This document shows, one piece after another, positions 59,947 to 64,000 of a stretch of DNA of 64,000 bases. The position numbers and the translations under genes were made by a program. Below the pieces are notes generated by a model that saw nothing but the letters and a program-made list of their open reading frames with translations, was not told the origin of the DNA and ran no database searches. The stretch comes from Paludibacteraceae bacterium (GTDB lineage: Bacteria > Bacteroidota > Bacteroidia > Bacteroidales > Paludibacteraceae). Position 1 is the stretch's first letter. Each line of letters starts with the position of its first letter. Location of the stretch: contig JARKSE010000128.1 of NCBI GenBank assembly GCA_029974315.1, positions 85-64,084 of the forward strand, written 5' to 3'.

Positions 59947-60942
59947 TTAAGGTACTTCAACTGCATTTAAAATTTCGTTGATGATTTCTTCTGATGTTAA
60001 ATTATTTGCTTCAGCTTCGTAACTTAAACCAATACGATGGCGTAACACATCATAAGCTACCGCACGAACATCTTCTGGAATAACATAACCACGACGTTTA
60101 ATGAAAGCGTAAGCACGTGCAGCCAAAGCCAAATTGATTGAAGCACGAGGCGAACCACCAAATGCAATCATATTTTTCAAGGATTGTAAACCGTAATCTT
60201 CAGGAGTACGTGTAGCAAAAACAATGTCAATGATGTAACGCTCAATTTTTTCGTCCATGTAAACTTCACGAACCACCTCACGAGCCTCCAAAATATCTTG
60301 GATTTTCAGAATTGACTTTTCAACCGTTTTAGCCTCACCAATATTTTGACGAAGAATCAATCGTTCTTCCTCTTTTTGTGGATAATTTACCACCACCTTC
60401 AACATAAAACGGTCAACTTGTGCTTCGGGTAATGGGTACGTTCCTTCTTGTTCGATAGGGTTTTGAGTTGCCATTACTAAAAATGGAGCAGGTAAAGCAA
60501 ATGTTTCTTCCCCAATTGTAACTTGACGCTCTTGCATGGCTTCAAGCAAAGCACTCTGTACTTTGGCTGGTGCACGATTTATCTCGTCTGCCAAAATAAA
60601 ATTGGCAAAAATCGGTCCTTTTTTAATAGAAAACTCTTCTTTTTTCTGGCTGTAAATTAATGTTCCGAGAACATCGGCAGGTAACAAATCAGGCGTAAAC
60701 TGGATACGACTAAAATCTGCGTCAATTAATTGTGCTAATGTTTTAATGGCTAATGTTTTTGCTAATCCAGGAACGCCTTCGAGCAAAATGTGTCCATCTG
60801 ATAATAAACCAATAAGTAATGATTCTACTAAATGTTTCTGACCAACAATAGTTTGATTCATACCCATTACCAACGCATCGACAAAAGCACTGCGACGTTC
60901 AATACGCTCGTTCAATTCGCGAATATCAACAACTTGATTCAT
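59947..60942 (-). CDS. MoxR family AAA+ ATPase
   Basis: 331-aa ORF with Walker A GVPGLAKT, Walker B ILADEINRA and the MoxR C-terminal lid. Confidence 0.93.
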   Translation of the reverse strand: MNQVVDIRELNERIERRSAFVDALVMGMNQTIVGQKHLVESLLIGLLSDGHILLEGVPGLAKTLAIKTLAQLIDADFSRIQFTPDLLPADVLGTLIYSQKKEEFSIKKGPIFANFILADEINRAPAKVQSALLEAMQERQVTIGEETFALPAPFLVMATQNPIEQEGTYPLPEAQVDRFMLKVVVNYPQKEEERLILRQNIGEAKTVEKSILKIQDILEAREVVREVYMDEKIERYIIDIVFATRTPEDYGLQSLKNMIAFGGSPRASINLALAARAYAFIKRRGYVIPEDVRAVAYDVLRHRIGLSYEAEANNLTSEEIINEILNAVEVP

Positions 60943-60982
60943 GATAAAAAATAGTTATATGTGTTTTAGATAAATTCAAATA

Positions 60983-60990
60983 CAAAATTA
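60983..60990 (-). promoter_or_regulatory. -7 promoter motif TAATTTTG (Bat operon)
   Basis: Perfect TAnnTTTG match on the minus strand, 41 nt upstream of the moxR ATG. Confidence 0.5.
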
Positions 60991-61167
60991 ACATTTTATG
61001 TTAAAATTAAATGTTTAAATGCGTTAAAAAAAAATGATTTACAAATATTTAACACAAAAAAACGACTTATGGACACTTTTTTTCTGAAAACTGTAGTTTT
61101 TCTTTTATGAGCGTGTTAAGCTAGTTGCGTTTACTCTTAAAACATGGTACAAAGGGCTTCATAATCA

Positions 61168-61208
61168 ACAAAAAATAAAGCAGGAAATGGATCTCCGTTT
61201 TCTGCCTT
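61168..61208 (-). terminator. intrinsic terminator after the HU-fold gene pair
   Basis: On the minus strand, AAGGCAGAAAACGG-agat-CCATTTCCTGCTTT forms a 14-position stem with two mismatches and one G-U pair. ATTTTTTG follows. Confidence 0.55.
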
Positions 61209-61246
61209 ATTTTTTTATAGTTATAAATCTATTCTTATCCTAAAAA

Positions 61247-62365
61247 TCATTTAGTTCCAACATACTTATCATGTAATTTGCGAGCGTAAACTAAAGTTTC
61301 AGGATTTTTCGAATTAATTAATTCTGGATTTAGTTTGGGGATGCGTACAACTGTTCCTACTGTAATGCGATCTGGATGAGTAAACTTATCTTTATTCGCT
61401 TCGTAAATATAGACCCAAAAATCTTTGTGTCCATAATACTTTTGTGATATCAATGTTAAACGACCACCGTTAGGCACACGAACATCTGCAATAAATTCCT
61501 TATATTCACGAGGTTGGTCAAAAATAGAAGCTTCTTTAACTTGAACTTCCGTAGTAGGTTTTGGCATCTCTTCAACTGGTCCCGCTAATTCTACCTGCTC
61601 CTCGAACTCTTTATCTGCCTGCCACTCTTCCACTAAAGTCATAACGGATTCTTGGATCCACTTGCCATAAAAATAGTACACGGCAAAGCCACCCCCGAAC
61701 AACAAAAGCACTAAAAGAGTCACCCAAAGCCACGTTAATTTGCGCTTTTTGTGCTCTGACACCATGGAAGCATTCTGTGAAATAGTTTCAAACATAGGCT
61801 TCGACTCTTCAATGGTTGCAACAGGCGTATAACGATGCTCACTTGCAGAAGTTTCTGTTTCAAGCGTTTCATACTTCACGACTTCTGGTTCTAATTCCAC
61901 TTCAACAACAGGCTCTTTTACTGGTTCTTCAGATAATTCAGGATCATTGATTGTAGATAAAATACTTTGAATTTCCACAGCTTGTGAAGCCAATTTTTGT
62001 AACGGAACATCTTTTTCTACTTCTGGTCTATTTATAGGTTTACCAGGCATTGCAGTAGCCTCGAGATGTGCAAAGGGTTCATTTACACGATTTTTCAAGC
62101 TTGTTTCAGGTGTAAACACCACCTTGTAGCGTCCTGTAATTTCAATAGGAGAACCATCTTGCACATTTACACTTCTACGTGGCTCAACCCATTGTAAACG
62201 AAACGTACCCAATCCTGATATTTTGACCAGTTTATCATTCAATAAAGCTTGCTGAAACACCTCTTGAAGTGTATCAACAAAAACCTCTGCATTTTTTTTA
62301 GTGATTGCAGCGCGATCAGCCAAAGCGTTCGCTAAATCAGAAGTATTTATTTTTTCGCCGCTCAT
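61247..62365 (-). CDS. membrane-anchored HU-fold protein with C-terminal LysM-like domain
   Basis: 372-aa ORF with an N-terminal HU/IHF-like fold (LVKISGLGTFRLQWVEPRRSVNVQDGSPIEI) and an acidic linker. The TM segment is LTWLWVTLLVLLLFGGGFAVYYFY, preceded by KKRK. The C-terminal segment RLTLISQKYYGHKDFWVYIYEANKDKFTHPDRITVGTVVRIP follows the LysM pattern. Confidence 0.75.
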   Translation of the reverse strand: MSGEKINTSDLANALADRAAITKKNAEVFVDTLQEVFQQALLNDKLVKISGLGTFRLQWVEPRRSVNVQDGSPIEITGRYKVVFTPETSLKNRVNEPFAHLEATAMPGKPINRPEVEKDVPLQKLASQAVEIQSILSTINDPELSEEPVKEPVVEVELEPEVVKYETLETETSASEHRYTPVATIEESKPMFETISQNASMVSEHKKRKLTWLWVTLLVLLLFGGGFAVYYFYGKWIQESVMTLVEEWQADKEFEEQVELAGPVEEMPKPTTEVQVKEASIFDQPREYKEFIADVRVPNGGRLTLISQKYYGHKDFWVYIYEANKDKFTHPDRITVGTVVRIPKLNPELINSKNPETLVYARKLHDKYVGTK

Positions 62366-62649
62366 GATTGTGGGTAATTTTTAAGTTTGTCTTTAAATGT
62401 GCTGGTAACACGAAATGCTGGCGTTAATCGCTGAGGCACCAAGATAGATTGTTGTGTCGCAGGATTCACGAACACGCGCGATTCCCGTTTACGAACTTCA
62501 AGTACACCAACGCCAAGAAAAGCGACTTGATTTCCTTCGGTTAACCGTACATTAATTTCCTCAACAAATGCATTCAAATACGCCGCCGTATCTTTTTGAG
62601 TGATACCTAATTTCTTAGATAGTTCTGCCTGTAATTCTTTGTTATTCAC
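62362..62649 (-). CDS. HU/IHF family DNA-binding protein (divergent paralog)
   Basis: 95-aa ORF with LGVGVLEVRKRESRVFVNPATQQSILVPQRLTPAFRV. Its stop overlaps the next gene's start (ATGA). Confidence 0.85.
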   Translation of the reverse strand: MNNKELQAELSKKLGITQKDTAAYLNAFVEEINVRLTEGNQVAFLGVGVLEVRKRESRVFVNPATQQSILVPQRLTPAFRVTSTFKDKLKNYPQS

Positions 62650-62710
62650 GACAAAATATATTAAATTAAAAGATGGTGCAAGTTACATTATTTTTTTGAT
62701 ATATACCAAC

Positions 62711-64000
62711 TTACAATTGAATTTCTCCATACAAATCAAATGTTTCTGCATGGGTTATAGTAATTGGATATAAAGAACCTATTTCCAATGCAGAATTAGA
62801 TGCTATAGGAATCAAAACTTCACCATCAACTTCGGGAGAATCATATTCAGTACGACCAACAAAATAGTCGCCTTCTTTACGATCAATCATAACACGCAAA
62901 GTTTGACCAGTTTTTTGTTCGTTTATTTCAGCAGCTATGACTTCTTGAATTGACATTATCTCATCTACACGCTGCTGTTTGACATCGAACGGAATATCGT
63001 CCACATAATTTTTATTAGCATACGTTCCCTCCTCATCTGAATAAGCAAAGGCTCCTAACCGCTCAAAACGAATATCACGTACAAATTGTTTTAACTGCTC
63101 CACATCATCTTCTGTTTCACCCGGATGACCAAGTAATAGCGTAGTTCTCAAATGAATTCCGGGAACTTCATCACGCAAACGACACATCAAGTCATACGTC
63201 TGCTGAGATGTTATGTGTCGGCGCATTTTAGTCAATATATTGTCTGAAATATGTTGTAATGCAATATCTAAATAGTTACACACATTATCACGCTCACGCA
63301 TAACACGTAACAAATCAAATGGGAATTGCGTAGGATACGCATAATGTAAACGAAGCCATTCTACACCTGGAATATCGGATAGGCGTTCAACTAATTCTGG
63401 TAATTTGAGCGACTTATACAAATCCATTCCATAATAGGACAAATCCTGCGCTATAATTTGAAATTCCTTGACACCTTGAGAAGTCAACCAACGTATTTCT
63501 TGTTCAATTTCCTCCATTGGACGACTTTGATGGCGACCTGTTATAATTGGAATAGCGCAATAAGAACACATACGGTTACATCCTTCCGAAATTTTAACAT
63601 AAGCATAATGAGATGGCGTTGTAATAACTCGTTCTAACTGAAAATCAGGTTGAAATTGTTTTCCTAAATCTGCCACTAATTGATTGTAATTAAACTTACC
63701 GTAAAATTTATCGACTTCGGGAATTTCAACTTGCAACTCTTTCAAATAACGCTCTGACAGACACCCCATCACAAATAACCGCTTCAATTGTTTGCGTTTT
63801 TTACGATCAGCAAATTGAAGAATCATTTCAATGCTTTCCTCCTTAGCATCTCCAATAAAACCACACGTATTTATCACCACAATATCACCATCTGGCTCCG
63901 GCGTATCGTGACGAACAGTATAGCCGACCGCTTGCATTTGCCTCATCAAACGTTCGGTATCTACCAAATTTTTAGAACACCCTAAAGTTATAAAATCTAT
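62711..64000 (-). CDS. rimO: ribosomal protein S12 methylthiotransferase, 5' end beyond window
   Basis: Radical-SAM MTTase with the CSYCAIP motif and a TRAM-like C-terminus. The reading frame stays open to the window edge (IDFITLGCSKNLVDTERLM), so the track's TTG start at 63967 is internal. Confidence 0.92.
   Translation of the reverse strand: MDFITLGCSKNLVDTERLMRQMQAVGYTVRHDTPEPDGDIVVINTCGFIGDAKEESIEMILQFADRKKRKQLKRLFVMGCLSERYLKELQVEIPEVDKFYGKFNYNQLVADLGKQFQPDFQLERVITTPSHYAYVKISEGCNRMCSYCAIPIITGRHQSRPMEEIEQEIRWLTSQGVKEFQIIAQDLSYYGMDLYKSLKLPELVERLSDIPGVEWLRLHYAYPTQFPFDLLRVMRERDNVCNYLDIALQHISDNILTKMRRHITSQQTYDLMCRLRDEVPGIHLRTTLLLGHPGETEDDVEQLKQFVRDIRFERLGAFAYSDEEGTYANKNYVDDIPFDVKQQRVDEIMSIQEVIAAEINEQKTGQTLRVMIDRKEGDYFVGRTEYDSPEVDGEVLIPIASNSALEIGSLYPITITHAETFDLYGEIQL

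Overview
The window looks like an AT-rich core-chromosome segment of a Bacteroidota genome, probably Bacteroidales. Three things point there: perfect TAnnTTTG -7 promoter motifs sit in front of most transcription units, a complete Bat (aerotolerance) operon is present, and the division/cell-wall (dcw) cluster has the Bacteroidota layout. Almost everything is housekeeping. The main blocks are fabH and clpC; ftsX-DUF3098-uppP-truB-queA; rng; mutY and pepD; skp; rlmB and pdxB; and two tRNAs. After those come argS, two HU genes, twin rhomboids and metK. Next is the dcw cluster mraZ-rsmH-ftsL-ftsI-murE-mraY-murD-ftsW-murG-murC-ftsQ-ftsA-ftsZ-yqeY. The rest is infC-rpmI-rplT, pdxJ-exbB-exbD-tonB, nadK-fmt, moxR-DUF58-batABCDE-PAP2, an HU-fold gene pair, and rimO. 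I found no CRISPR array, transposase, integrase, phage genes, toxin-antitoxin pair or recognisable defence island, so I cannot honestly claim a clear novel system here. Several items still deserve a second look. Two real small genes fall below the ORF-track length cutoff: a 29-aa bS22-like Lys/Arg-rich peptide and a 55-aa 2x[4Fe-4S] ferredoxin. A membrane-anchored HU-fold protein with a LysM-like outer domain is translationally coupled to a free HU paralog. Upstream of mraZ there are GTGGGGA direct repeats with 10-bp spacing, which fit MraZ operators. The metK leader resembles a SAM-II-type riboswitch. infC has no in-frame ATG start. A half-size GT5 'glycogen synthase' forms an apparent operon with a DUF4270 lipoprotein, a secreted protein and clpC. 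A PAP2 phosphatase is translationally coupled to batE. All family assignments rest on motifs I recognise by eye in the translations; no searches were run.
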